DNA from: Octopus bimaculoides
Lineage: Eukaryota
Assembly (NCBI RefSeq): GCF_001194135.2
Contig: NC_068982.1
Location: 175,910,007 to 175,974,006, forward strand
DNA length: 64,000 bases
Reading direction: 5' to 3'
Shown here: one piece after another, positions 1-13,080 of the stretch
How positions within the stretch are numbered: position 1 is the stretch's first letter
Layout of the letters: every line of letters begins with the position of its first letter
Translations under genes and position numbers: made by a program
The notes under the pieces: generated by a model
What the model was told of the DNA's origin: nothing
Databases searched by the model: none
The model's input: the letters and a program-made list of their open reading frames with translations, nothing else

Positions 1-188
1 TTAGCGGTATTTCGTCTGTCGTTATGTTCTGAGTTCAAATTCCGCCGTGGTCGACTTTGCTTTTCATCCTTTCAGGGTCGATTAAATAAGTACCAGTTAC
101 GCACTGGGGTCGATATAATCGACTTAATACGTTTGTCTGTCCTTGTTTGTCCCCTCTGTGTGTAGCCCCTTGTGGGTAGTAAAGAAAT
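1..188 (+). mobile_element. SINE family A (tRNA-like head, Meta-domain-like core, long 'GTTTGTCTGTCCTTGTTTGTCCCC' tail), cut by window start; degenerate second copy at ~190-310
   Basis: B-box-like GAGTTCAAATTCC, core GGTCGACTTTGCTTTTCATCCTTTCAGGGTCGATTAAATAAGTACCAG; near-identical to 14119-14348. Confidence 0.85.
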
Positions 189-782
189 AAGAAACATTAG
201 CGCGCCGGACAAAACGCTTAGCGGCATTTCATTCATCATTACGTTCTGGGTTCAAACTCCGCCGAGGTCAACTTCGCCTTTCCTTCTTCCGGGATCGATA
301 AAACGAAGTAACATTTGTGCAACNNNNNNNNNNNNNNNNNNNNNNNNNNNNNNNNNNNNNNNNNNNNNNNNNNNNNNNNNNNNNNNNNNNNNNNNNNNNN
401 NNNNNNNNNNNNNNNNNNNNNNNNNNNNNNNNNNNNNNNNNNNNNNNNNNNNNNNNNNNNNNNNNNNNNNNNNNNNNNNNNNNNNNNNNNNNNNNNNNNN
501 NNNNGATAATTTTTTTCAATAAATAGTTAACTCATACTTTATTTATTACACCGGTCCGCAAAGACGAAAGGCCAAGTTGACTTCAGGGAGACCTGACCGC
601 AGGACATGCTGACTGACGTTTTAACGACACCATCAATCCAGCACCGATTAAATAGATCCAGAATTTCATTGGTGCTTACTTTTTTCGACACTCAAAAGAG
701 TGAAAACAACAGAATGAACCACGGTGAGGCGCGAACTTACGAAGTATGGTTATGTAAAATAATTGCTTACGTCAGCATAATT

Positions 783-820
<38 letters not shown>

Positions 821-1289
821 AGCGTTGTAGTGTATTTTTGTTTACATTTAGACAAGTAGTGATTCGTGTTCCTCATTGTAAACGATAGTGTGTGCATGTG
901 TATGTGTTTTTTATTAATATGTAGTAATAGTAGTAGCAGTAGTAGTCTTAGTTCTTGCCATATATACATAGAGTTAGTATTGGAGTCGTAGTGGCGGTGG
1001 TGATAGAGTTGTAATGATGCTATGTATAAGAAAGAGTGGGATGACGGAGCGAAGAGCGTCGTCTTCCTGCGCCTCGGTGTATACGTGCGCGCATGTGGAC
1101 GCATATGTGCGTATGAGCGTGTGTGTATGCATGTATGTATGTATGTGCGCGCACGTATGAGAGTGCTGTGTTGTGATCTGAGCTAATAAGCAATAAGCGT
1201 GGGTGTTCTTAAGATAAACACATTCGTTCCTTGTACCCTAATGTCATTGCACCGTATTTGGGTGTTCTGTGTACATGGATGGGTGGATG

Positions 1290-1860
1290 TTGTTTTTGCC
1301 TAGCTCCAGGTCAAACTCTTATAAAGCAAACCCTATGATCAAAGACGCTCCAGTCGGTCTCGAAGGGCCTGGAAAGGCCATAATAAGCAGATCCCCTCCC
1401 TTCGCATTAGAGCAATAAAATCAATTAACAAATAAATGAATTAAAATACCATATTTGTTTTCCACACATGGTTTAGTTAGGTCTACACTACCCTATGTGA
1501 CCTTCCTTTTTCTTTTTAAGACAGTAGAGTAGGGGTTCTCAACCTGGGATCCATATGGCCCTGGGCGAGGTCCATATGAGATTTTGTTGTTGAAATTTAT
1601 CTGCAATAAATTGCTTATACTTCTACAATACACAAAATATTAAAAAAAAATTTTAATACAATTCTTAATAATTATTTAATTATAAAAATTAAGTAGGATG
1701 TCTTTTTATACACATCGAATGGCTGTGGAATCAAAGGCAAAAAAAGAAAAAAAAAAGGATAAGACAGCTGAGAACCACCGCCGTAGAATGTATTTGAAGG
1801 ATATTTGACTGTTATTTCTAGCAGGTTGAGTGACTACCTAGAGGCAGGTTCCTTCTTTCA
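1290..1860 (+). repeat. Unclassified dispersed repeat family D (…GATCAAAGGCATTCCAG…ACATTATCCAATGTG…AAGACGGTAGG…GATTTGGCTGCTATTTCTAGCAGG…)
   Basis: Same motif order recurs, diverged, at about 4020-4200, 10100-10230, 13250-13350(-), 19020-19220(-), 19890-20080, 23510-23620, 34160-34420, 36330-36520, 40570-40650, 42140-42260, 44150-44290(-), 49440-49700, 50480-50760. Confidence 0.6.
1530..1780. mobile_element. hAT (Charlie-like) MITE inserted into a family-D repeat
   Basis: Ends TAGGGGTTCTCAAC / GCTGAGAACCACCG; 8-bp flanks CAGTAGAG (1522-1529) and CCGTAGAA (1781-1788), 6/8 identical; family-D sequence resumes on both sides. Confidence 0.7.
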
Positions 1861-2099
1861 CTACTGGGTGGATGTATATATGTATGTGTCATTGTACCGC
1901 TATGTTTGCCTTTCTGTTGTGTTCGCGGCAAATTGGAAATATATAAAATAAAGAAAAAAAGACAAAAGAAAGGTAAGTAGAAAGAAAAACAAAATCAGAG
2001 CGTTAAACTGCCTTGTCATGTCTCTTTACGCACCGAGTTCAATATCCTCTAAAGTCAAAATTGTTTTTCAGCTTTCTTTTTTCTTCACCCCGCCCACCC

Positions 2100-2150
<51 letters not shown>

Positions 2151-2439
2151 CTCTCTCTCACATACACACATACACACACACATTTATTTATCTATTTATT
2201 TCAGAGTTTAGGCAGAAGTGGGTCAATGCAATGACCTTTGCAGACCTTTTCTCCTAACTGCTAAGATTGATGCATCTGCAGTTGCCCAGCCTGAACACTA
2301 ACCACCGGGTCAATGTCTGCTGGAAAAAAAAAAAAACCCCCAAAGCACCCGTGGANNNNNNNNNNGCTGGAAAAAAAAAAAAAACCCCAAAGCACCCGTG
2401 GATCCAGTGATGATGTTCAACGAAGCGTATTTAGGCCTA

Positions 2440-2457
2440 TCACAGATAGATAGATAA

Positions 2458-2501
<44 letters not shown>

Positions 2502-2800
2502 ATAGACAGACGGATGGATGGATATATGAAAAAGTAGATAGATAGAGGAATAGACTTAGGTATAGATGAATAGGTAGTTAGAAACATGGTTAAAAAATCG
2601 ATAGATAAATATATAAATATAAGAATAGAGAAATTGATAGGACATGGATAAATGGTTAAAGGGAGGGACAGATAGATGAATAGATGAATAGACAGATGGA
2701 TAGACATATGTACAGATGGATAGGTAGAGAGATACTTGGACAAAAAGATAGATATATGGATGGATAGAGGGGTAAACGGTAAATTAGATAGATAGAAACA
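2440..2800. repeat. (GATA)n microsatellite decaying into GATA/GATG-rich low complexity
   Basis: Pure GATA run at ~2445-2500 followed by a degenerate tract. Confidence 0.9.
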
Positions 2801-3297
2801 ATATGATAGCAAACATATTGTTGCTGAAACAATATGAACAAATATCGATTTTCTATATGTAATCAGGTGGCGCAGTAACTGAGAGATTAAGTCATTGAAC
2901 TACTAAGCATGCAGTCACAAGTTCAGATCTGCCTACAGTTATATTGTTGTTGTACCAAAGTAGGGCGCATAATTAACTGTATTCATTCCACTTTGCCTAT
3001 ATGGAAATAAAAAAGTATATTTTGCATAGACACAACAAAACAGATTGAACTCCTTCCTTAATAGGTGTGTGAAAGGTAGAAACATAGCTGGTGTCTTTGA
3101 TCAGATTTCTTCCCATTGAGGGCAGCTTATCTTGGGCTATATATGCGGACTTGTCTAGAATGGCTGTGTTGACAGTTTAGCTTCTAGATATTGTCCGTAT
3201 GTTGTTGCCAGGAACGCAGTGAAATGCATTCAAGACCAATATGTTCAACATTACTTTACGTCCCTATAATGCCCATGATTCGGTATCACATTACGGG

Positions 3298-3347
3298 AAC
3301 CTAGCTCATTGGGCTCAGGCGGCCGCTTGAGACCAGCGAGCTAGGTT
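3298..3347. other. 50-bp GC-rich near-perfect palindrome centred on GCGGCCGC
   Basis: AACCTAGCTC…GAGCTAGGTT; 25 positions pair with 2 mismatches and 2 G-T. Confidence 0.85.
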
Positions 3348-3544
3348 ACTTTAACGAAATTTTTTGTAGAGTTCAAAATTAGTGAGGCTTAACTGTTTTA
3401 TTTATTATTTATTCAGATAAAATTTATTATATCCGTCTCCGATCCTCCAAGGTATAGTCTAACTTTCAGTCAAAATGTAAGAACAAATATCGCCAAAGAA
3501 TTTCTGAACTTAATTTCATTTTACTGTCTATCAAACTATAGTAC

Positions 3545-3742
3545 TGGTTTCAAATTTTGACAGAAGGCCAGCAATTTTGGGAGAGGAGTAAGTCAATTAC
3601 ATCGACCCCAGTACTTGAGTGGTTCTTACTTTATTCATCCCGAAAGGATGATAGGTAAAGTCGACCTCGGCGGAATTTGAACTCAAAACATAATGCCGCT
3701 AAGCATTTTGCCCGGCATGCTAACGACTGTGCCAGTTCGCCG
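3545..3742 (-). mobile_element. SINE family A, short-tail subtype
   Basis: Reverse complement of head and core, ending …CTCCCAAAATTGCTGGCCTTCTGTCAAAATTTGAAACC. Confidence 0.8.
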
Positions 3743-6068
3743 CCTTATCAATCTATAGATATTACAAAATCTTTAACAGAGACAGAGCCAAAATTTATTA
3801 TTCTTGCTACGAGAATTTTTGCTTGTTCTATTAATCATTTCACTGGCAAAATAACACAACAACAATTACTCGGTATCTTTTCCTACCTGCTACCGAGAGG
3901 TAATATTTATGTTCACTTAAACGTGGTTGTTTTGTTAGAACAAACTATACTGCGGTAGATACCACGAGAGAACCTCTCATATCGGCTTTTGGTGCAAAAT
4001 GCACTCTTATTTATTATCGCTAGTGGGGAGATAGATATCTGCTACCTCCAGCACATAGACCACCAGATCATGTGGATTTAACCTTGCTTGGTCTTGTCAA
4101 TCACAGACGCTCGACTGCTAGAGATAGCAGCAACTCATCTCCCCACCAGTGATATATAGAAAAACAGTGATTAACCAGATGGCTGTCTCCTTAACTATTC
4201 TCGAAATTATTGGTTCCACTGCTCTTAGCGCAGTGGAAAGCAATTAGAATTACAATTTTATAAATTTCAAATGTCCAGAGAGGCAATTTCTAAAAATCTG
4301 TCCATTCGTTTCTCAAAACAATCCAATGAGGCTATTTTAGAACAAAAAAGGCGACATTTTACAAAATGTGGCCCATCACCACCGTGCTTTTATATAATTT
4401 AAACTTATCCAGAAACTTTAATTTTATTCAAAGACACCACACATCAAAAATATTTGAATTTTAGAGTTCATACAGGCGCACTTCAAATTAATTACTGTAT
4501 AATCTCCCGCGCCGCCACGTTTTCCTTACAACTACTAACTTTGTTCGTTTTTGGGTAAACACTTTTTCGTCCTCATTTCCGAACTTCATTTGGCCACACT
4601 GAAAATCTATCAACATATTTTTTTACTATGCTGAGTTATCTCCACTATCCTGTTTGACTTTCACGCCCGCGCTCTTATTTTACTGGCCTGTTGTTTGGAA
4701 ATACGTATTATTAAAAAAAAAAAAAAAAAACTCCTCGCCAAATTCTTGTCGATTTCTTTTAATCTAAGACTACTAATTTTTATAATCATCGTCTTAAATA
4801 ATTTTTGTTATAAATGTCTTTTATTGTTCACTATACACAAACTCATTGACTCTTCTTTTCTCCTCTTCCTCATCTTAACCGTAGTAGGAGCGACATATCT
4901 TACATATAGAAAACTCTGAATTCAAATGTCTGCTGTCTTATGGGTCTCTTGGGTTGGGAAAGATTAGATGGAATAAATACCTTGATGTAAAACCACTCAA
5001 CTTTAGTCTGGTCATCTCATCTTTTTGTGCTGTTGAAGACCCTTAGTTTCCTAAATAAAAGTGGTTTGCGTATAGTGCAATTTTAGTTACTTATTGATCC
5101 CTTCAAGGCATCGAAACTGCTAGAATCTTTTGACGGGGGCTAAATTTTAGTTTCTTCTATCTTTTACGCGTTCCATCCTCTTTCCTTGTCTTACGAAATA
5201 CCGTCTGTTGTAAAAGGTTAAAATGTCCTTCCAAGTCTCGTATACATCCAAAACCCACAATCCAACCCTATTAAGACAATTTGCAGGCTGTGCAATGCGC
5301 ATGGCTTGCAAGTTCCCACCTTCTTAAATCTGGTAGTGCGCAGAGTTCTTTGCTAAATTTTGCAGAATACAACCGTTCGTTACACCTCAACTCTTTAAAT
5401 AGCACTCCTAAAAGTAAAGCTACCACTTTTCTGTGTTTCACTTCCTATTCCACAAGGCACACACATGCGAGCGCATGCGCACACCACCGCATTCAATCCA
5501 TACTCCAGATCATTTTTAACACAATCACTACCCTTCTCTTTCTTTCGTCCTCTCTCTTCTATCTAAACAAATCCATAGTATTACACAATAGTGTATCATG
5601 TTCTAATGAAGGTACTCTCACCGATCCTGCCAGCTACCGGCCTATTTATCTCTTTTAAAATGTCACAAATTTTATAGTATTATAAAATTACTTCTTGCAT
5701 TACTTTCTGTCTCAACTCTTTTTAGTCATCACTAACTCTGTCCCCTTGAACATACCTCGAAAATATATTTCGATTAGTATATGATGACAACCTACTTTGC
5801 TGCAACAACGCCAGGATACAGTCACTTTGCATATTAAGGAAACGCACACTGCACATCCTCCGTCATTCCCACAGTCAGTGAGATGTTTGACAGTTTGGGA
5901 AAGCCTCTCTTGTAGCTCCATGCAATTATAATTATTATCTAACATTCATTTTAAATTTGCGTTTTTTTTACAAATTGACAGATCATCGTAGGTCTTACCT
6001 AATAAATGGAGATTCTGGTCATACCCATTCCTATACTTAATCAGCATGAAAATAATATCGCTAAAATC

Positions 6069-6231
6069 TAGGCCCGTCGCCAGGTGCTTCAGAATATTCT
6101 GGGTGGGCACTAAATTGTAATAAATACTCCAGTGGAGTTCCAAAATAAGTGTATCACTGTAAATCTGAGTGTGCACCATTGAATAGTGATGGGGAAGTCG
6201 TGTCCAGTGCACCCCCTTAGCGACAGGCATG
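6069..6231. mobile_element. hAT-type MITE (TIR (C/T)A(G/T)GCCCGTCGC); second copy at 44345-44511 in opposite orientation
   Basis: 12-bp TIRs; 8-bp flanks CTAAAATC / CTAAAACC; internal AGTGCCCACCCAGAATATTCTG shared with the 44.4-kb copy. Confidence 0.75.
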
Positions 6232-6523
6232 CTAAAACCCTTAGAAATGCTAAGTCGCCAAACTATTTATGCTTGATTCACATAGTTCTAAATCTGAATA
6301 CCAGTTACTAGGCTTCTTTTATATGGCAAGGAAACACTTCATCTTCAAACCATACATTAGAATACCGAGGTAGGATGGTATTGTTGATACAGACGCAAAC
6401 GCTTTAGACGGCGTTGGAAAAAGTAAACGATCAGTATGTTAATTCACAAAGGTCCACTAACCGATGCACTACAACCACCAACTTATAAATGCACTCTTTT
6501 TCTATCACTGCTACAACAACTGA

Positions 6524-6902
6524 GTGGAGGCGCAATGGCCCAGTGGTTAGGGCAGCGGACTCGCGGTTTCGATTCCCAGACCGAGCGTTGTGAGTGTTTA
6601 TTGAGCGAAAACACCTAAAGCCCCACGAGGCTCCGGCAGGGGATGGTGGCGAACCCTGCTGTACTCTCTCACCACAAATTTCTCTCACTCTTACTTCCCG
6701 TTTCTGTTGTGCCTGTAATTCAAGGGGTCAGGCTTGTCACACTGTGTCACGCTGAATATCCCCGAGAACTACGTTAAGGGTACACGTGTCTGTGGAGTGC
6801 TCAGCCACTTGTATGTTAATTTCACGAGCAGGCTGTTCCGTTGATCGTATCAACTAGAACCCCCGACGTCGTAAGCGACGGAGTGCCAACAACAACAACA
6901 AC
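6524..6902 (+). mobile_element. SINE family B (tRNA-derived head, (CAA)n tail)
   Basis: A box TGGCCCAGTGG, B box GTTTCGATTCC, 3' GACGGAGTGCCAACAACAAC; homologous to 17950-18302 and 62626-63012. Confidence 0.85.
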
Positions 6903-7111
6903 CGTTGATCCCTTGAAGTAGGGAATGATGGCGACAAATAGAAGTTCAAACTGATCGCTCTCACCGTTTGAGAAGACCTACAAAGGTCACGGATGCCTCT
7001 TCTTCCATTGATTAATTTAAAAAAAAATCTTATCAGAACTGTCACGTATCCGCATCCAGCTACGTTTATAAACATAATTTAGTGATGATACTTCAACTCC
7101 ATGTATTTCTT

Positions 7112-7500
7112 CATACGTGTACGTGAGCGTGTATCTATGTATATACGCACACGCGTGCGTGAGTGTATATCTATGTATATATGCACACGTGTGCGTGAGT
7201 GTGTATCTATGTACATATGCACACGTGTGCGTGAGTGTGTATCTATGTATATATGCACACGTGTGCGTGAGTGTGTATCTATGTATATATGCACACGTGT
7301 GCGTGAGTGTGTATCTATGTATATATGCACACGCGTGCGTGAGTATGTATCTATGTATATATGCACACGTGTGCGTGAGTGTGTATCTATGTATATATGC
7401 ACACGTGTGCGTGAGTGTATATCTATGTATATATGCACACGTGTGCGTGAGTGTGTATCTATGTATATATGCACACGTGTGCGTGAGTGTGTATCTATGT
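7112..7500. repeat. 36-bp minisatellite (GCACACGTGTGCGTGAGTGTGTATCTATGTATATAT), ~11 copies running into a gap
   Basis: 12-aa periodicity in the ORF track; unit read directly. Confidence 0.95.
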
Positions 7501-8065
7501 NNNNNNNNNNNNNNNNNNNNNNNNNNNNNNNNNNNNNNNNNNNNNNNNNNNNNNNNNNNNNNNNNNNNNNNNNNNNNNNNNNNNNNNNNNNNNNNNNNNN
7601 NNNNNNNNNNNNNNNNNNNNNNNNNNNNNNNNNNNNNNNNNNNNNNNNNNNNNNNNNNNNNNNNNNNNNNNNNNNNNNNNNNNNNNNNNNNNNNNNNNNN
7701 NNNNNNNNNNNNNNNNNNNNNNNNNNNNNNNNNNNNNNNNNNNNNNNNNNNNNNNNNNNNNNNNNNNNNNNNNNNNNNNNNNNNNNNNNNNNNNNNNNNN
7801 NNNNNNNNNNNNNNNNNNNNNNNNNNNNNNNNNNNNNNNNNNNNNNNNNNNNNNNNNNNNNNNNNNNNNNNNNNNNNNNNNNNNNNNNNNNNNNNNNNNN
7901 NNNNNNNNNNNNNNNNNNNNNNNNNNNNNNNNNNNNNNNNNNNNNNNNNNNNNNNNNNNNNNNNNNNNNNNNNNNNNNNNNNNNNNNNNNNNNNNNNNNN
8001 NNNNNNNNNNNNNNNNNNNNNNNNNNNNNNNNNNNNNNNNNNNNNNNNNNNNNNNNNNNNNNNNN

Positions 8066-8146
<81 letters not shown>

Positions 8147-8429
8147 CGTGAGTGAAAAAGTATGTCTGAGTGTATGTGTGTATCTGAGTTCACGTGTATG
8201 TATATGTGAAAGGAGGATTGCTCGACTGTCTGCGCGCATGTGCATTTCAATATACTATGACGTAAGATGATAGACCACGTGCTAGGATCAATAAATATTG
8301 GTTTGGTGCTGCTGTCGTTACTCCACTGCTGATTTGCTGCTGCTGCTGTTTTTTATATTTTTGTTGGTGTGTTTGTTGTTGTTGCTGTATGTTAATGTAT
8401 TCGTATGACTGACTTAATGTTTGTGTGCA

Positions 8430-8441
8430 GGTGTAATTGTG

Positions 8442-8473
<32 letters not shown>

Positions 8474-8859
8474 TGTATGTATGTATGTATGAGTGTGTGT
8501 GTGTACGAGTGTGTGTATGAGTGTGTATATGAGTGTGTATGAGTGTGTGTATTTATGTACGATTGTGTGTGTGTGCATGTGTGTGTGTATGAGTGTGTAT
8601 TTATGTACGATTGTGTGTGTGTGTGTGTGCATTTGCGTATGTATGAGTGTGCGCGCGTATGTATGAGTGTGTATGTGTGTATGTATGAGCGTGTGTGTAT
8701 GTATGAGTGTGTATGTACGAGAGTGTATGTATGAGTGTGTATGTGTGTATGTATGAGCGTGTGCGTGTGTATGAGTGTGTATGTACGAGAGTGTATGTAT
8801 GAGTGTGTATGTGTGTATGTATGAGCGTGTGTGTATGTATGAGTGTGTATGTACGAGAG
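8430..8859. repeat. Compound (TATG)n/(TG)n degenerate tandem repeat
   Basis: Recurring GTATGAGTGTGTATGT units up to the gap. Confidence 0.9.
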
Positions 8860-9489
8860 NNNNNNNNNNNNNNNNNNNNNNNNNNNNNNNNNNNNNNNNN
8901 NNNNNNNNNNNNNNNNNNNNNNNNNNNNNNNNNNNNNNNNNNNNNNNNNNNNNNNNNNNNNNNNNNNNNNNNNNNNNNNNNNNNNNNNNNNNNNNNNNNN
9001 NNNNNNNNNNNNNNNNNNNNNNNNNNNNNNNNNNNNNNNNNNNNNNNNNNNNNNNNNNNNNNNNNNNNNNNNNNNNNNNNNNNNNNNNNNNNNNNNNNNN
9101 NNNNNNNNNNNNNNNNNNNNNNNNNNNNNNNNNNNNNNNNNNNNNNNNNNNNNNNNNNNNNNNNNNNNNNNNNNNNNNNNNNNNNNNNNNNNNNNNNNNN
9201 NNNNNNNNNNNNNNNNNNNNNNNNNNNNNNNNNNNNNNNNNNNNNNNNNNNNNNNNNNNNNNNNNNNNNNNNNNNNNNNNNNNNNNNNNNNNNNNNNNNN
9301 NNNNNNNNNNNNNNNNNNNNNNNNNNNNNNNNNNNNNNNNNNNNNNNNNNNNNNNNNNNNNNNNNNNNNNNNNNNNNNNNNNNNNNNNNNNNNNNNNNNN
9401 NNNNNNNNNNNNNNNNNNNNNNNNNNNNNNNNNNNNNNNNNNNNNNNNNNNNNNNNNNNNNNNNNNNNNNNNNNNNNNNNNNNNNNNNN

Positions 9490-9537
<48 letters not shown>

Positions 9538-10261
9538 TAGCTTGTATCTATGTGAATGCGACTACCTACTGATGCGTATGTTTCAGGGTGCGTGTATATA
9601 TCTAGAAAATCATCTCAGATATGTTCCCTTGCAACCAGCACAAGCGTGCGCGCCTACACACACACACACACGGACACACACGCACACACACACAGACACA
9701 CAGACACACCACACACAGAAATACCTGTGTGTGTATATATATAATAAATATATATTACACACGCACACACATACACAGACACCCCCCACACACAAATACC
9801 TGTATATATATATATATAATAAATACATATTACACACGCACTTACACACACATACGCGTTATATAAACACATAGTCATGTGCAGACTTTATTGTGTCTGA
9901 TCGCTTCTATACTTGCTGCTTCTATTGGTTTTGTTGCCGTTCTCGTCTCTTATGTAATTTGGCGCGTTTTTAAAAGATGGTGTGAAGTATATTAATCAGC
10001 TGTCTGTGTTTATTTATAAGTCCGTACGGGAATGTGTGCATGCGAATGTTGTTATCCAGCTCCATATAAATCCTGTACGAGTTAACCGATAATAAAAGGC
10101 ATTCCAGATCTGACCTTCCAGGCTTTTCAGAGGTATGTAGGATACATTATCTAATGCATTCCTTTCTTAAGACCGTAGAGTGGCTGCTGTTTCTAGACGG
10201 TCGATTAACCACGTAGCGCCTCCCTTAAAAATCCAATTTATCATCCTTATTTATTTATCTT

Positions 10262-10444
10262 TTTTTACTTGTTTCAGTCATTTGACTGTGGCCATGCTGG
10301 AGCACCGCCTTTAGTCGAGCAAATCGACCCCCAGAACTTATTCTTTGTAAGCCTAGTACTTATTCTATCGGTCACTTATACCGCACCGCTATGTTACGGG
10401 GACATAAACACACCAGCATCGATTGTCAAGCGATGCTGGAGGAA

Positions 10445-10514
<70 letters not shown>

Positions 10515-10682
10515 CACACGACGGCCTTCTTTCAGTTTCCGTCTATCAAATCCACTCACAAGGCTTTGGTCGGCCCGAGGCTATAGTAGAAGACACTTGC
10601 CCAAGGTGCTACGCAGTGGGACTGAACCCGGAACCATGTGGTTGGTAAGCAAGCTACTTACCACACAGCTACTCCTGCTCCT
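10262..10682 (-). mobile_element. SINE family C (tRNA head, CORE-like CCTTGGGCAAGTG, internal (TA)n(TG)n), full length
   Basis: Head GGAGTAGCTGTGTGGTAAG…GGTTCAGTCCC, tail …GACTGAAACAAGTAAAA; other copies at ~10965-11215(-), 24530-24720(-), 26165-26335(-), 38766-38898(-), 43480-43570(+, tail), 44640-44765(+), 45160-45450(-), 61730-61990(-). Confidence 0.85.
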
Positions 10683-11859
10683 ATGTGTCTATATATATAT
10701 TTTTTTTTTGGCGGGGAACTGTGAATCTCGAAGCACATATAAAGCTATAAGTAGTAGCTGCTCACGACAGCCTTCGATGTTTTCTATCAAACAGGGTTTA
10801 TCAACCCAGTATTTATGTTTCTATCAATAGCCTTACGCTTGCTTCGAGATCCATTGTTCCAAAAAGGAATTATTTCACGTTCTCTTGAAAGTTTATAATT
10901 CTAATGATGTCAACAACAACACATACGCGCGCGCGCGAACACACACACACACAGAGCTTTTTATCTTTTAGTTTTTACTTGTTTCAGTTATTGAATTACC
11001 GCCATGTTGGGACATCACCTTAAAAGTTTAGTCGAACAAAGTGACACCAGTACTCATTTTTCAGGTATGTTATTATTCTATCGACTTCTTTTGTCGAACT
11101 GCTAAGTACGGTGACGTAAACAAGTCAACAAAGGAGGTCAAGTCTTGGTGAGGATACAAACAAAACACACACACACAAAAATAAATACACAACGGGTTTC
11201 TTTCAGTTTTCGTTTNNNNNNNNNNNNNNNNNNNNNNNNNNNNNNNNNNNNNNNNNNNNNNNNNNNNNNNNNNNNNNNNNNNNNNNNNNNNNNNNNNNNN
11301 NNNNNNNNNNNNNNNNNNNNNNNNNNNNNNNNNNNNNNNNNNNNNNNNNNNNNNNNNNNNNNNNNNNNNNNNNNNNNNNNNNNNNNNNNNNNNNNNNNNN
11401 NNNNNNNNNNNNNNNNNNNNNNNNNNNNNNNNNNNNNNNNNNNNNNNNNNNNNNNNNNNNNNNNNNNNNNNNNNNNNNNNNNNNNNNNNNNNNNNNNNNN
11501 NNNNNNNNNNNNNNNNNNNNNNNNNNNNNNNNNNNNNNNNNNNNNNNNNNNNNNNNNNNNNNNNNNNNNNNNNNNNNNNNNNNNNNNNNNNNNNNNNNNN
11601 NNNNNATATATATATATATATATACACGTGCGAATTTGTGACAGACTGTCTAAATTTTACGGGAACTGTTGACGGGAGACCGTCACAAGTAAACAAATAG
11701 CCCTTAAAAACGAACTATAAGCGTTAAGGTGAAAGCTTTATCATAAGAACTACAAGAAGGTAGGACTAACAATCGTAAGTTTGTATTAAATTACAAATGG
11801 TATTTTGCAGCATGCAAGCCACACCATCATGGTTGTAAATGTCTCCACCTCCCGGGGTA

Positions 11860-13080
11860 ACCAGTGTTCATTCTGGAAAGGAGTCTAGAATGTAAAAAAG
11901 CAGCATAATCACGATGCAGAATGGTTAGACAGGGTACAAGAGGGGTACTGTTTCTTCTAATACATTTAAAATCACTAACGGAATTCTGACGACCGATGCT
12001 AAAATACTGACTAGAAAACAACGAGTTTAATAAGATCATTTCTCAAAATGCTCTTGCAGCATCAGTGCTTGTATCAACATTTGAGATCCGCGGTTTGGAT
12101 CTCAAGACTGGAAGATAGTTGACATTACTGTCAGCTATTGTATCAACCATGATATAGGCAAGATAAATGTTAAATGGTAGACAGGTTTAAATGCAAATAT
12201 ATAAATAAAGTCAGTCCAAATGGCCTTTGAATGCTGGATTGTCTCAGAAAACACCCATTGAACAGTAAAGAGAGTAATGTGCACAACACACGTGTATTCA
12301 GCTATGAAAATGATAACATCTTGAAGGTACGTGAAGAACCCCTGAATAAGTACTCTGAGTATTTAACTGTCCTATTTGATCTAAACGTAATAAATCTACT
12401 AGAAATCCTTGAAATAGAAACTCACATTAGCAGAAACCTATGCGTGGATTCATATCCCATAGGTTAGAAGGTACCAATAACATTAACAGGTAAAGTAGAT
12501 CCTCCTGGGTTTGTGATAAATGTATTGCATCTAACATAGAAGGATATGCTTTCAATATTCAGAAACAGGAAACCGTTAGTAAGTACATGATTAACAACTT
12601 TCCGCATTGTGAGAAAAATAATGACAATACTGTCATACTAGAATGGAACCCACAATACTGGTAGTTATCCTAAAATGCCTGCAAGGTACTGCCTGCCTTC
12701 CAAAGAGACATGGTATTGTTGCCAATATATATTTACTGTACCATCTGTCGAATGAATTGCCCTGATGGAAACCATGACCAGAACCAGAGCCATCGCTTCA
12801 GAATAAGGAATGCTGCTGGAATATTGTAATAAAAATGCAACAGTCAGGTACAAATAAAACAGACTTGATATTTTTTTATGGGTCAGAGAACAAAAATATG
12901 TATCGTTACAAAGATCAGTTGTCCAGTGGATCAGAGGGTTTGTCAAAAGTTTTGGAAATAGAATAGTATCAACTTTTAGCTCTCGTAATCCGCTATCAAT
13001 TCTAATTTGTGCCTATTATAGTAGATTGGCAACAGATTTACATAAAAGTCTGGAAATGTTAGGTTTTTTTTTTTCCAAGA
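11860..13080 (+). mobile_element. Decayed non-LTR retrotransposon with restriction-like endonuclease (R4/CRE/NeSL-type), RT core deleted
   Basis: Hand translation across stops and frameshifts: FWKGV*NVKKQHNHDAEWL; QKPMRGF…SNIEGYAFNIQKQE (12431-12570); SYPKMPARYCLP…RHGIVA; KISCPVD (~12915); FVPIIV (~13006). Confidence 0.75.

Noticed and set aside
2318-2402. Direct repeat GCTGGAAAAAAAAAAAAAACCCC…GTGGA
   Set aside because: It is duplicated across a 10-N gap, typical of an unmerged contig overlap
2403-2445. TGATGA resembling a snoRNA C box
   Set aside because: No D box or terminal stem nearby
4020-4149. Apparent small TIR element
   Set aside because: Both arms match the family-D motif GGGAGATTTGGCTGCTA, so these are two opposed repeat fragments; no TSD
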